Part shown: one piece after another, positions 1 through 8,632 of the stretch | Numbering within the stretch: the stretch's first letter is position 1 | How the letters are laid out: every line of letters starts with the position of its first letter | Assembly (NCBI GenBank): GCA_038320155.1 | Contig: JBBQDY010000001.1 | Span: forward strand, 20 to 64,019 | DNA length: 64,000 nt | Direction: 5' to 3' | DNA from: Cytophagales bacterium | Lineage (GTDB): Bacteria; Bacteroidota; Bacteroidia; Cytophagales; Cyclobacteriaceae | Position numbers and translations under genes: made by a program | The notes under the pieces: generated by a model | Database searches by the model: none | Told to the model about the DNA's origin: nothing | What the model saw: only the letters and a program-made list of their open reading frames with translations

Positions 1-1111
1 CAGGCCAAGAATAGGTCGTGCCAGCCGGAACCACTCCATTGGTTACATTTACAGGAGTCGCAGTGAAAGTGCTTTCACTGCAAACCGTGCTGGTCATATT
101 GTTGATAACTGGTTTTGGATTAATGGTTACGGATCCAGTTCTAGTAAGACTTATGCCATAGTTTGTAGTAACGTTAATTGTGTAGGAGCCACTGGCTGTA
201 GGAGTACCAGAGATCGAAATGGTACCTGCCACAGTGTTAATATTGGAAGTTAAACCTGCAGGTAGGTTTAGAATATTTATGGTTGAGTTTGGAGGAAGAG
301 TATAAGTTGTAGTTGTAATGGGATCGCCATTACATACAGATTGATTATCTGTTCCGGTTGCTGAGGTTAATGCGATATAAGAAATCCTGACTCGTCCATT
401 TCCTCCATATCCTCCAACTTGCTCTGTTCCTGAGGCATTTGTTCTTCGTGCACCACCACCACCTCCTCCAGGAGAACTGCCATCTTCACCTCGATTTTGA
501 CCAGATGTTAGGCCATTCCCTCCTTTTCCTCCCCCGGTAGGTGCAATTCCTCCGGTATTGTTTGAAGCATTATTTCCGGTGGCCCCAATTCCAGCTGAGG
601 AACCTCCACCACCCGAATTATTAGAAACTGCATTAGCCCCATTCCCTCCACTAAACTTTACGGTTCCAAAACCTAAGGCTACTGCTCCACCAGATGCTCC
701 AGCAGTACCATCATTGGGAACAGAATTACCCCCCTTGGCCATTACAGTTGAATTGTTTAAGAACCAAGAATCTTCGCCAGGAAGCTCAGATAATGAACCA
801 AAACCAACATAGTAATCTAAGACTTGACCGGGAGTAACAGTTAATACACTTCTAGAATAGGCTCCACCACCACCACCACCACCTTCTCCTGTACCTAGTC
901 TCGATCCACCTTTCCCGCCTCCTCCCCAGACTTCCACTGTAATGGAGGTCACTCCTGCGGGTACTGTAAATGTCTGAATTGCCGGATTGGGAGTTGTGAA
1001 CGTTTGGGTTTGCCCAAAAGCACTCTCAGGCAGGCATAGTAATGAAGCCCCAACTAAAAAGGCCAGGAAAAAAATTGAATTCGAAAAAGCCAAAACTCGC
1101 ATTCTATTCAT
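1..1111 (-). CDS. Secreted glycine-rich repeat surface protein, N-terminal part (gene continues beyond window start)
   Basis: Minus-strand ATG at 1111-1109. The translation starts MNRMRVLAFSNSIFFLAFLVGASLLCLPESAFGQ (signal peptide), then TFTVPAGVTSITVEVWGGGGKGG, followed by long G/N/S/T-rich tracts and Ig-like repeat text (GTISISGTPTASGSYTINVTT). The frame stays open to position 1, so it is absent from the ORF track. The 558-812 plus-strand ORF is its antisense artefact. Confidence 0.7.
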   Translation of the reverse strand, partial: MNRMRVLAFSNSIFFLAFLVGASLLCLPESAFGQTQTFTTPNPAIQTFTVPAGVTSITVEVWGGGGKGGSRLGTGEGGGGGGGAYSRSVLTVTPGQVLDYYVGFGSLSELPGEDSWFLNNSTVMAKGGNSVPNDGTAGASGGAVALGFGTVKFSGGNGANAVSNNSGGGGSSAGIGATGNNASNNTGGIAPTGGGKGGNGLTSGQNRGEDGSSPGGGGGGARRTNASGTEQVGGYGGNGRVRISYIALTSATGTDNQSVCNGDPITTTTYTLPPNSTINILNLPAGLTSNINTVAGTISISGTPTASGSYTINVTTNYGISLTRTGSVTINPKPVINNMTSTVCSESTFTATPVNVTNGVVPAGTTYSWP

Positions 1112-1326
1112 AGTTGCTATTCAAATATTCTTCTTATTTAAATGATCTGCTGAATTGTGATTTACCTTATTTATTACAGTTACATTTTTCTGCTGTAGAG
1201 ATACAGTTTTTTATCTAGAAAAGAATAATATTCCGTTATTTACTAAAATTGAGTAGTAAATCTAAGTTTAATACTATAAAAAACAAATTAAATACGGAAT
1301 TCTAAAAATGAATGTAGCTGCTGTAC

Positions 1327-1359
1327 AAAAAAAATAGCCGGACTTTGGGGAGTCTGGCT
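1327..1359 (-). terminator. Intrinsic terminator-like hairpin (4th of a stack downstream of rho)
   Basis: Stem agccggact (1336-1344) pairs with agtctggct (1351-1359), with one G-U pair when read on the minus strand. The A8 run at 1327-1334 gives a U8 tail on the minus strand. Confidence 0.5.
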
Positions 1360-1428
1360 CTTATAATTGGGTACTAAAAATTATCTATTCATACTGAATA
1401 ATCCCTATCGTGGATTTTCAACCCAAAT

Positions 1429-1459
1429 AAAAAAAAACCCTAACTCTCGCGAATCAGGG
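1429..1459 (-). terminator. Intrinsic terminator-like hairpin (3rd of stack)
   Basis: Minus-strand RNA reads CCCUGA-uucgcgagag-UUAGGG (6 bp including one G-U), followed by U9 (the A9 run at 1429-1437 on plus). Confidence 0.45.
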
Positions 1460-1476
1460 ACCATTTGTAGTTAAAA

Positions 1477-1507
1477 GCATTTCCAAAGTTTCAAACTTTG
1501 GAAATGC
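1477..1507 (-). terminator. Perfect 15-bp inverted repeat hairpin (2nd of stack)
   Basis: gcatttccaaagttt c aaactttggaaatgc is a perfect palindrome. On the minus strand it is followed by uuuua. Confidence 0.4.
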
Positions 1508-1527
1508 TGATTGCTGGCCAAGCAAAG

Positions 1528-1553
1528 AAAAAAACCGACTCTTTCAAGCCGGT
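1528..1553 (-). terminator. Probable rho mRNA intrinsic terminator (1st of stack)
   Basis: Minus-strand RNA reads ACCGGCU-ugaaag-AGUCGGU (7 bp, one G-U), followed by U7. The same position is a C-A mismatch on the plus strand, so the hairpin is minus-strand specific. It lies about 120 nt after the rho stop. Confidence 0.55.
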
Positions 1554-1613
1554 TTTTAATTTAATATACTTGAATTCGTTGTTTCCGTCTTCGGTCTCCA
1601 TTCTCTAAGCACC

Positions 1614-1669
1614 GGACATCCAACATCGGACATCGAACATCGGACATCAGACATCCAACACCGGACATC
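1614..1669. repeat. Tandem heptanucleotide repeat, 8 copies (plus strand: ggacatc caacatc ggacatc gaacatc ggacatc agacatc caacacc ggacatc)
   Basis: Read directly from the sequence. Period is 7 nt and consensus is GRACATC (GATGTYC on the rho mRNA strand). The last copy ends one base before the rho stop codon at 1670-1672. Confidence 0.9.
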
Positions 1670-3448
1670 CTACCCATTCATACTGATCAAAAACTCAGCA
1701 TTGTCGCGGGTTCCTTTCATTCGGTTGAGAAGGAATTCCATCGATTCTTGAGAGTTCATATCGCTCATCAATTTTCTTAGAATCCATACACGCTGCATTT
1801 CTTCTTTGTCCATCAAGAGATCCTCTCGACGCGTGCCTGAGTTGAGCACATCGATAGCAGGATAGATTCTTCTGTTGGAAAGCTTACGATCTAGTGCAAG
1901 TTCCATGTTACCGGTTCCTTTGAATTCTTCGAAGATTACTTCGTCCATCTTAGAACCAGTTTCTACAAGCGCTGTAGCAATGATGGTCAATGAACCGCCG
2001 TTTTCTACGTTACGTGCAGCACCGAAGAACCGCTTTGGTTTGTGAAGCGCATTTGCATCCACACCACCGGAAAGAATCTTTCCAGAGCTTGGTACCACGG
2101 TATTGTGTGCTCTTGCAAGTCTGGTGATCGAATCCAAAAGGATCACTACATCATGACCTACTTCCACCATTCGCTTGGCTTTTTCCAAAACGATGTTGGA
2201 AACTTTCACATGTCTGTCTGCTGTCTCATCAAATGTGGAAGAAATTACTTCCGCATTTACTGATCTTGCCATATCTGTCACTTCCTCAGGTCGCTCATCG
2301 ATCAATAGAATCATCAAGTGAACTTCCGGGTGATTTTTTGTAATCGCGTTTGCGATCTGCTGTAGCAATACCGTCTTACCGGTTTTTGGCTGCGCTACGA
2401 TCATGCCTCGTTGACCTTTTCCGATAGGAGCAAATAGATCGACAATTCTAGTAGAGAACTTATCTCCAGTGGTAGAGAGGTTTAATCTTTCCTCAGGGAA
2501 AAGCGGAGTGAGGTATTCGAAAGGAACTCGGTCTCTGATTTCGTCAGTGGTCTTGCCGTTGACAGTGGCGATCTTCAAAAGGGCAAAATACTTCTCACCT
2601 TCTTTTGGTGGACGAATGGATCCTTTGATATGATCACCTGTCTTCAGTCCAAATAGTTTTACCTGGCTTGGCGATACATAGATATCATCTGGCGATGCTA
2701 GGTAGTTGTAATCCAAAGAGCGAAGGAAGCCGTATCCTTCCTGCATCATTTCCAAGACACCTTCATTATCGATGACTCCATCAAATTCTCTTGGATGGAC
2801 AAAGGATTTTTTCCGGTTTGCATGAGGCGTTACCTCTGCTGCTGGCGCCAATACTTCATCCTCTGATTTGATGTTTTTTCGTTTTGGGAGCTCTACTTCC
2901 TTCTCAGGCTGGGAGTCCGTGGATTCGGATGACGCTTCTTGATCTTGAGTAGATTTTGGCTCATCCTCAAATACTCTTTTTCGAGGTCTAAAAAGTTTTG
3001 GTTCTTCTGTTGAAGCTTCTGGAGTGGCTTTTCTTTCAGGCCTTTCTTGAGCTGGTTCTCGTTTTGGTTTCCACTCTTTCGCTTCTTTAGGAGCTGGTTC
3101 TGATGGGGCTTCTGATTTTTCGCTAGGAGCAGGCGTTGGAATTTCTGTTACGTTCTGTCGCTTAAACTTAGGCTTGTATTCAGATTCTTCCGTTGGAGCA
3201 GCTGCTGCTGTTACCTGTTTTTTTGCCTCAGCAGGTTTGGGTTTTTCTGCTTCGGGTTCTGGGCTGGTTTCTGCCGCTGAGGGCTTTTTCTTTGGTAAAG
3301 CCTGTTCTGGTGTAATTGCCTGCTGATCGAGGATAGCATAAACGAGGTCGTCTTTTTTGAGGGTTTTATGGTTTTTAACGCCTAATTCCTCAGCGATTTC
3401 CTTCAGCTCAGACAGTAATCTGATTCTGAGTTCTTCTATGTTGTACAT
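1670..3448 (-). CDS. rho: Transcription termination factor Rho with a long N-terminal low-complexity insertion
   Basis: 592 aa. It has the N-terminal [24 protein letters not shown] helix bundle, an OB/CSD RNA-binding segment ([15 protein letters not shown]...[18 protein letters not shown]), the Walker A motif [12 protein letters not shown], and a conserved ATPase C-terminus. About 170 aa of P/E/K/A/S-rich insertion sits between the first two. Confidence 0.97.
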   Translation of the reverse strand: MYNIEELRIRLLSELKEIAEELGVKNHKTLKKDDLVYAILDQQAITPEQALPKKKPSAAETSPEPEAEKPKPAEAKKQVTAAAAPTEESEYKPKFKRQNVTEIPTPAPSEKSEAPSEPAPKEAKEWKPKREPAQERPERKATPEASTEEPKLFRPRKRVFEDEPKSTQDQEASSESTDSQPEKEVELPKRKNIKSEDEVLAPAAEVTPHANRKKSFVHPREFDGVIDNEGVLEMMQEGYGFLRSLDYNYLASPDDIYVSPSQVKLFGLKTGDHIKGSIRPPKEGEKYFALLKIATVNGKTTDEIRDRVPFEYLTPLFPEERLNLSTTGDKFSTRIVDLFAPIGKGQRGMIVAQPKTGKTVLLQQIANAITKNHPEVHLMILLIDERPEEVTDMARSVNAEVISSTFDETADRHVKVSNIVLEKAKRMVEVGHDVVILLDSITRLARAHNTVVPSSGKILSGGVDANALHKPKRFFGAARNVENGGSLTIIATALVETGSKMDEVIFEEFKGTGNMELALDRKLSNRRIYPAIDVLNSGTRREDLLMDKEEMQRVWILRKLMSDMNSQESMEFLLNRMKGTRDNAEFLISMNG

Positions 3449-3578
3449 AAAGAGATGATGAAATAAATAGTATTATGAAATGCGGTAATTGGGATCGTGA
3501 ATGATTTTCTGAGCAAAAAAGATCTGCAGGAAATAATCAAACCAAAGCGGGCTGGTCTGCTCACGCACGGTGATGCTA

Positions 3579-3586
3579 CAATATTA
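3579..3586 (-). promoter_or_regulatory. Candidate -7 box for rho (TAATATTG, one mismatch to TAnnTTTG)
   Basis: The plus-strand caatatta at 3579-3586 is TAATATTG in reverse complement. A TTTG lies about 20 nt upstream on the minus strand (aaatttgc). This would give a rho leader of about 125 nt. Confidence 0.3.
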
Positions 3587-3640
3587 ACCTATGGTTTTGG
3601 ATTTAGCAAATTTTTATTTCGTGGTTACTGGCTCATTCGT

Positions 3641-4330
3641 CTAGGATAATACCTGTCTTAGGATGGTCATTGACTTCCAAACACCTGGGTTTTCCAGATG
3701 CTCACTATAGAAATCCAACAAGTGGTCCAGCAATTTTCTTCGTAGTTTGAGGCTTATTTTCGCTTTACAATTGTAGGCTCTTATAATTAACTCCTCTAAG
3801 AAAGACCTAACCTCGTTAAGTTCTTGCGGGGTAAAAGGTTGGGAACGGCTTTCGTCCAAGTAGCCTTGTGCCCGCTCAGGGGCAAATCCCAAATATCCAG
3901 CCAATTCGGTCAAAAACGCCAATGGAAACAGATCAAGCTTTGCTTCAGGATGCTCAAGCTCGTGGACTGAACTTTCCAAAAAGTCGAAAAGATTTTCATT
4001 CTGGTAGTTTTCATAGATAGATTTAGCGATCACCTCCGTGACAAAGAGGGCAATGCCTGTCCGACTAAACTCCAATGAAATCAATTGATTGTTATGCAAT
4101 AGTCTAGCCTCTGAGATTCGATTTAATCCCGCATTCGCTTTGTCGTAGACTACCAAGTCGAGACAAGTAAGTGGCTGGTAAAGTGCCATTTTACTTGATT
4201 TGGATTGAGTTCTGACACCATTGATTAGGTAGGATTTCAGACCTAGTTCCCTGGTGAAAATCTTCACGATGAGACTTGTTTCCTTGAATTTTATTGAATT
4301 GAGTACGATTCCAGCTGTTTTCTTAAGCAT
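3641..4330 (-). CDS. recO: DNA repair protein RecO
   Basis: 229 aa. The N-terminal OB-fold text (GIVLNSIKFKETSLIVKIFTRELGLKSYLINGVR...ALYQPLTCLDLVVY) is typical of RecO. Call rests on recognition only. Confidence 0.8.
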   Translation of the reverse strand: MLKKTAGIVLNSIKFKETSLIVKIFTRELGLKSYLINGVRTQSKSSKMALYQPLTCLDLVVYDKANAGLNRISEARLLHNNQLISLEFSRTGIALFVTEVIAKSIYENYQNENLFDFLESSVHELEHPEAKLDLFPLAFLTELAGYLGFAPERAQGYLDESRSQPFTPQELNEVRSFLEELIIRAYNCKAKISLKLRRKLLDHLLDFYSEHLENPGVWKSMTILRQVLS

Positions 4331-4359
4331 GGTAAAATCGGGAAAAGCTTTCTACGACT

Positions 4360-4944
4360 TCAGGCATTTTTTCCATAAAAGCATTTTCTACACCGAGCTT
4401 CGTAGCTCTCTTTTTCTCCAAGTTGGACTTGCTTTTTCGTATCGTTTAGGCGGTAAGAGAAAGCTGCGAGATCCCCACACTTCATGCAGATCGCATTTAC
4501 TTTGGTCACGTACTCGGCAATGGCCATTAACTGGGGCATAGGCTCAAATGGATTTCCTGCGAAATCCATATCCAGTCCCGCCAAAATCACACGTTTTCCA
4601 GAATTTGCCAGCTTTTGAACAACGGGTACGATTTGGTCATCAAAAAATTGAGCCTCGTCAATTCCGATTACATCACAGTCGCCACTCATTAATAAGATGT
4701 CCTCGGCAAAATTCACTGGTGTAGATCGTATGGAGCTTTCATTGTGAGAGACTACATCGGATTCGTGATAGCGTGTATCGATTGCCGGTTTAAAAATCTC
4801 CACTTTTTGCTTAGCTATCAGGGCTCTGTTGAGTCGCCTAATCAATTCTTCCGTTTTGCCGGAAAACATAGATCCGCAAATCACTTCAATCTGCCCTTTT
4901 TTCTCGGGATTTTTATTTCTTCCTGGTGATGGTTCTATAAACAT
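4360..4944 (-). CDS. tdk: Thymidine kinase
   Basis: 194 aa. P-loop [14 protein letters not shown], the IGIDEAQFF motif, and C-terminal zinc-ribbon cysteines (CMKCG...CRKC). Confidence 0.95.
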   Translation of the reverse strand: MFIEPSPGRNKNPEKKGQIEVICGSMFSGKTEELIRRLNRALIAKQKVEIFKPAIDTRYHESDVVSHNESSIRSTPVNFAEDILLMSGDCDVIGIDEAQFFDDQIVPVVQKLANSGKRVILAGLDMDFAGNPFEPMPQLMAIAEYVTKVNAICMKCGDLAAFSYRLNDTKKQVQLGEKESYEARCRKCFYGKNA

Positions 4945-4951
4945 CGATATG

Positions 4952-5278
4952 TTATTCGCTATAGCTAATATGTGGAAATTTATTTTGCTCTGCCACTCGC
5001 GCTTTGAGATCTCCTTTTTGCAGGGTTACTTGACAGGCCAAACGTTCGTTAGCATTTAATCGACCCTGATTTCGAAATACTATTTCCTGATCGGTCAATT
5101 CAGAAAGATTTTCGATCCCTTCCAAGATGATGAGTTTGCAGGTAGTACATCGTCCTTTTTTGCCACATGCATGCATCCAATCCATGCCACTTTCATGGAT
5201 TATTTCTATAACTTTACTCGTAGCAGGAGCCAAATCAATCGTAAGATTAAATAGATTTTCTATGACGATTTTGGGCAT
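4952..5278 (-). CDS. 2Fe-2S ferredoxin
   Basis: 108 aa. Plant-type cluster motif [11 protein letters not shown] plus a distal LACQV. Confidence 0.85.
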   Translation of the reverse strand: MPKIVIENLFNLTIDLAPATSKVIEIIHESGMDWMHACGKKGRCTTCKLIILEGIENLSELTDQEIVFRNQGRLNANERLACQVTLQKGDLKARVAEQNKFPHISYSE

Positions 5279-5311
5279 TTGTTCGTTCGAATTCGTAAAC
5301 GCTATATTTTA

Positions 5312-6412
5312 ATGACAACTCAAATTAACAGCAATTATTTAGAAAAGTACGCGCATGACTATGCTGCAATCGTTTGTGAAAAAGTTTTTTCGTCAAGACA
5401 TTTTATCACTGGCCAGGATATCATCCAATTAACTGACAGTATCCAAGTCAACTTCTTTGTCATCAAACGGATTTTCGAACTTTGGCAAGGTGAGCTGGAA
5501 AAAATGAAGAGTAGTCCATACTTTGACTACAGAGATGTGGCGGTCCATGAGGCGCTGACTCAGTTTATGAATGTCCTTTCCAGACGAATAAAAGTTGAAA
5601 AAACTAATCTGGAACCCTTGGTAGCCCAGGCGGTAGCTGAGGCGATACAGTTAGCAGTCGATCCAGTAAGCTTCTACCAAGATGAAATTCAAAAAGCTCC
5701 GCATGGAATGATCAATGAATTCCTCAGCGAGCATAAAAGATATTACAAATGGCATCTGCCGGTAATCTCATTTCTGATCGATAAAACAGGTTTTGGCCAC
5801 GATCAAAATGCGTATTTAAAAGCAGTGGCTACTAACTACCATGTCATCAAAGATTCATTAGTGTCTCAGAATTTGCTATTGGCTACTCTTGGTGAGATCA
5901 AGGCTTTTGATCTGGACAGTTATTTGGTGGAGGAAGGGGTTGAAGAGCCTATAGCTGAGATTCAGAAATCTGAACCAGAACCAGCAGAAGATCGGGCTAA
6001 TTCATTCTTTGACGAGGTTGAGGAAAAGTCTGAAAAAATAGAAGAACCATTTTCTGAGGTTGGCAGTGCACCTATTGTAAGGGAGGAGCCCAAAAGAACC
6101 AATTCTGGGATGCTTGATGCTGTTTCCCTTCGGGCTAGATTCGAAAAAGAATCTTATAAAGGAATGAAAGGAGTCATCGGGGAGCTTTCTGAAAGTTTGG
6201 CAATCAACCAGCGGATTATGTTTTCAAAGGCACTTTTTGAGGGGAATCCTGATCTATTGAAGCATGCTTTAAAATCAATAGATGAAAGTGGATCCTTTGC
6301 GAATGCGATTGACTTGATCAACAAGCGTTACGTGGATGAACTGGCATGGAATGATAACCCTGAGGTTATGGATGAGTTTTTACTGCTGGTTTTCCGAAAA
6401 TTCTCCGCTTAA
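5312..6412 (+). CDS. Hypothetical protein with a central acidic linker
   Basis: The ORF track opens at TTG 5279, overlapping the ferredoxin start. The first ATG is at 5312 (MTTQINSNYLEKY). A long open frame with ordinary codon usage. I recognised no motif. Confidence 0.6.
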   Translation: MTTQINSNYLEKYAHDYAAIVCEKVFSSRHFITGQDIIQLTDSIQVNFFVIKRIFELWQGELEKMKSSPYFDYRDVAVHEALTQFMNVLSRRIKVEKTNLEPLVAQAVAEAIQLAVDPVSFYQDEIQKAPHGMINEFLSEHKRYYKWHLPVISFLIDKTGFGHDQNAYLKAVATNYHVIKDSLVSQNLLLATLGEIKAFDLDSYLVEEGVEEPIAEIQKSEPEPAEDRANSFFDEVEEKSEKIEEPFSEVGSAPIVREEPKRTNSGMLDAVSLRARFEKESYKGMKGVIGELSESLAINQRIMFSKALFEGNPDLLKHALKSIDESGSFANAIDLINKRYVDELAWNDNPEVMDEFLLLVFRKFSA

Positions 6413-6726
6413 GCGAAAAACTCAATAGATTTCTGGAAAAATTTGTTGAATAAACTGTATGAACTAATAAAATTCTATATTTAATAGGAAATCTTTTTTC
6501 CAAAGTTTACCTTCAATGAGTTTGATGAAAAACGTAGGAAGTACTTAAATTAATCGGTGCTTCTCCATCTGTTTTTTCATTTCTATAATTTATTTTCATC
6601 TTACTCCTATTCTTCTTTCGCTGACGACATTTGTACTTTAAAGTAGAAATCAAAAATGCTGATTGTTGTAGGCACAGTTGGGAAGAGGGAGTTATTAGAG
6701 TTGGAAAGTTGGTGTATTGTCTGTTA

Positions 6727-6734
6727 TAATTTTG
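6727..6734 (+). promoter_or_regulatory. Bacteroidota -7 promoter box TAATTTTG
   Basis: Perfect TAnnTTTG, 49 nt upstream of the ATG at 6783. Confidence 0.4.
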
Positions 6735-6782
6735 TAATCTTAAATTAGAACCTCATATTTAGGTTCAAAGCACCGTGTCTAC

Positions 6783-7358
6783 ATGCAAAGATATTTAAAG
6801 CTCAGAAAACACGTGTTAGCCAAATTGAAAGGCGAATTGCCTCAATATCTCGCTTACCACGGTATGAATCACACCCTAGACGTATTGAATGTTTGCGAGC
6901 AATATATTCGTCGCGAGAGATTAGGAGAGAGGGATCGGTACTTGCTCCGAATGGGAGCTATCGTCCATGATATGGGTTTTTTGATCGGACCTGCTAACCA
7001 CGAAGCCGTGGGTGCTGAAATGGCAGGTGAACTGATGAAAGACTTGGGAATTAAGCAAGATGTAGTCGATGAAGTCAAAGGATTGGTCATGGCCACGAAG
7101 ATTCCTCAAACGCCATTAAATGATCTTCAGAAAATCATCTGCGATGCAGATCTGGATTATTTGGGAAGAGATGATTACCCGACGATTAGCGTAAAATTAT
7201 TCGCAGAGCTGAAGCATATGAATATCATCAGCACCGAAGAGCAATGGAAAAACCTCCAGATAAACTTTTTGAAAGCACACCAATTCCATACTTCATTTGC
7301 TCAAAAGAACCGAGAACCTAAGAAGCAATATTGGCTGAAAAAGCTCTTGGATTCTTAA
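6783..7358 (+). CDS. HD-domain phosphohydrolase
   Basis: 191 aa. H...HD...D pattern: HGMNHTLDV, GAIVHDMGF, ICDADLDYLGRDDY. Confidence 0.8.
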   Translation: MQRYLKLRKHVLAKLKGELPQYLAYHGMNHTLDVLNVCEQYIRRERLGERDRYLLRMGAIVHDMGFLIGPANHEAVGAEMAGELMKDLGIKQDVVDEVKGLVMATKIPQTPLNDLQKIICDADLDYLGRDDYPTISVKLFAELKHMNIISTEEQWKNLQINFLKAHQFHTSFAQKNREPKKQYWLKKLLDS

Positions 7359-8632
7359 CCCAGCCTTCCCAATTGCAGTGCTCTGGAACTGTCCATCTTG
7401 ACAAAGATAAAAAGCAAGATGGTAAATGACCAAAGCGAAGATCCTCCGTAACTGAAAAACGGAAGCGGAATACCCACCACAGGAAATAATCCTATTGTCA
7501 TGGCAATATTGATCATGAAGTGGAAGAGCAGTATCGAAACTACGCAGTAGCCATAGATCCTTAAAAATCTATTTTTTTGCCGTTCGGCCATGATTACAAG
7601 TCTGTAAAGCAAGCCCACAAAAAGCGAAATCACAACTAAGCTTCCTGCCCATCCAAATTCTTCTCCGAGTGTGCAGAAAATGAAATCGGTATGCTGCTCT
7701 GGGACAAAGTCAAATTTGGTCTGCGTACCTTCCAAATAGCCCTTTCCCAATAATCCTCCTGACCCAATTGCAATCTTAGATTGAGTGACATTCCAACCAA
7801 CACCCAATGGATCAATATCTGGATCAAACAAAACCATAATTCTATTTTGTTGGTGATCAGGAAGTTTACTGACTACAAAATCAAGACTGTACGTGTAGCC
7901 AATAAGTCCAATTCCGATTAGGCTAAAGGCTAAAATTCGCTGAGGAGTTTTTTTGCCTAAGAAAATCAACAGTATTACAATCAGCACTATTCCAATGGCA
8001 ACGTAGATATTATTCTCAATTCCTAAAGCTAAAAGTGTGAGCGTAATAAAGCCAAATCCCAAAATGAAATAGGACTGAGGCAAGCCTTCTCTGTAAAACA
8101 TCACCAGCATAGCGAAATAGACCATCGCCGTGCCAGTATCAGGTTGCAGGATAATTAGTGCCACGGGCAAAAGCAAAACTCCAAAAGCTTGAAGCTGGTA
8201 CTTTTTTTTGGATAGGTCAAATGTGGGTCTCTCCATGACTTTGGCAAGCGCCAAAGCGGTAGCAAATTTGGTAAATTCACTGGCTTGAATACGGAAGTCG
8301 CCAAAACCAATCGACAGCACCTGACCTTTCACTTCTTTTCCTATTATTGGCGTGAGAATCAGCAATACAATGAAAATCAAGAAAATCGGAATGGCAAGAT
8401 TTTCAAAAAGCCGATGATCGGCAGCCATTATCACAATAATTATAGCGATGGCAGTACCGATCCATACCAGTTGCTTTCCGGAATTGATCGAAAAATCGAA
8501 TATACTTTTAGCTGCTTGTCCGTCGTAAACGGCTGCATAGATATTAAACCAGCCTAGAATAACTAGGGCAAAATAAATGAGTACTGTTGGCCAATCGACC
8601 CGGTTGATATTAATGTCCGCTTCTCCTCTCAT
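7355..8632 (-). CDS. rodA: Rod shape-determining SEDS glycosyltransferase RodA
   Basis: 425 aa polytopic FtsW/RodA-family protein (PDTGTAMVY, FSYGGSS). Last gene of the mreBCD-mrdA-rodA cluster. Confidence 0.9.
   Translation of the reverse strand: MRGEADININRVDWPTVLIYFALVILGWFNIYAAVYDGQAAKSIFDFSINSGKQLVWIGTAIAIIIVIMAADHRLFENLAIPIFLIFIVLLILTPIIGKEVKGQVLSIGFGDFRIQASEFTKFATALALAKVMERPTFDLSKKKYQLQAFGVLLLPVALIILQPDTGTAMVYFAMLVMFYREGLPQSYFILGFGFITLTLLALGIENNIYVAIGIVLIVILLIFLGKKTPQRILAFSLIGIGLIGYTYSLDFVVSKLPDHQQNRIMVLFDPDIDPLGVGWNVTQSKIAIGSGGLLGKGYLEGTQTKFDFVPEQHTDFIFCTLGEEFGWAGSLVVISLFVGLLYRLVIMAERQKNRFLRIYGYCVVSILLFHFMINIAMTIGLFPVVGIPLPFFSYGGSSLWSFTILLFIFVKMDSSRALQLGRLG

Noticed and set aside
558-812. 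84-aa proline-rich plus-strand ORF
   Set aside because: It is the antisense frame of the glycine-rich (GGN-codon) surface-protein gene, since GGN read backwards gives Pro codons. It has no independent signals.
1614-1669. Heptad array considered as a CRISPR array or as stop-codon read-through coding sequence of rho
   Set aside because: The units are 7 nt and contiguous with no spacers, so it is not a CRISPR. A 7-nt period cannot encode a peptide repeat. The in-frame read-through peptide (DVRCWMSDVRCSMSDVGCPV...) looks arbitrary, and I have no evidence for recoding.
6513-6599. 28-aa minus-strand ORF preceded by aggag in the long intergenic gap
   Set aside because: It is too short and unremarkable. 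Bacteroidota generally do not use Shine-Dalgarno sites, so the aggag is not supporting evidence. I kept it only as a note under the intergenic-gap finding.
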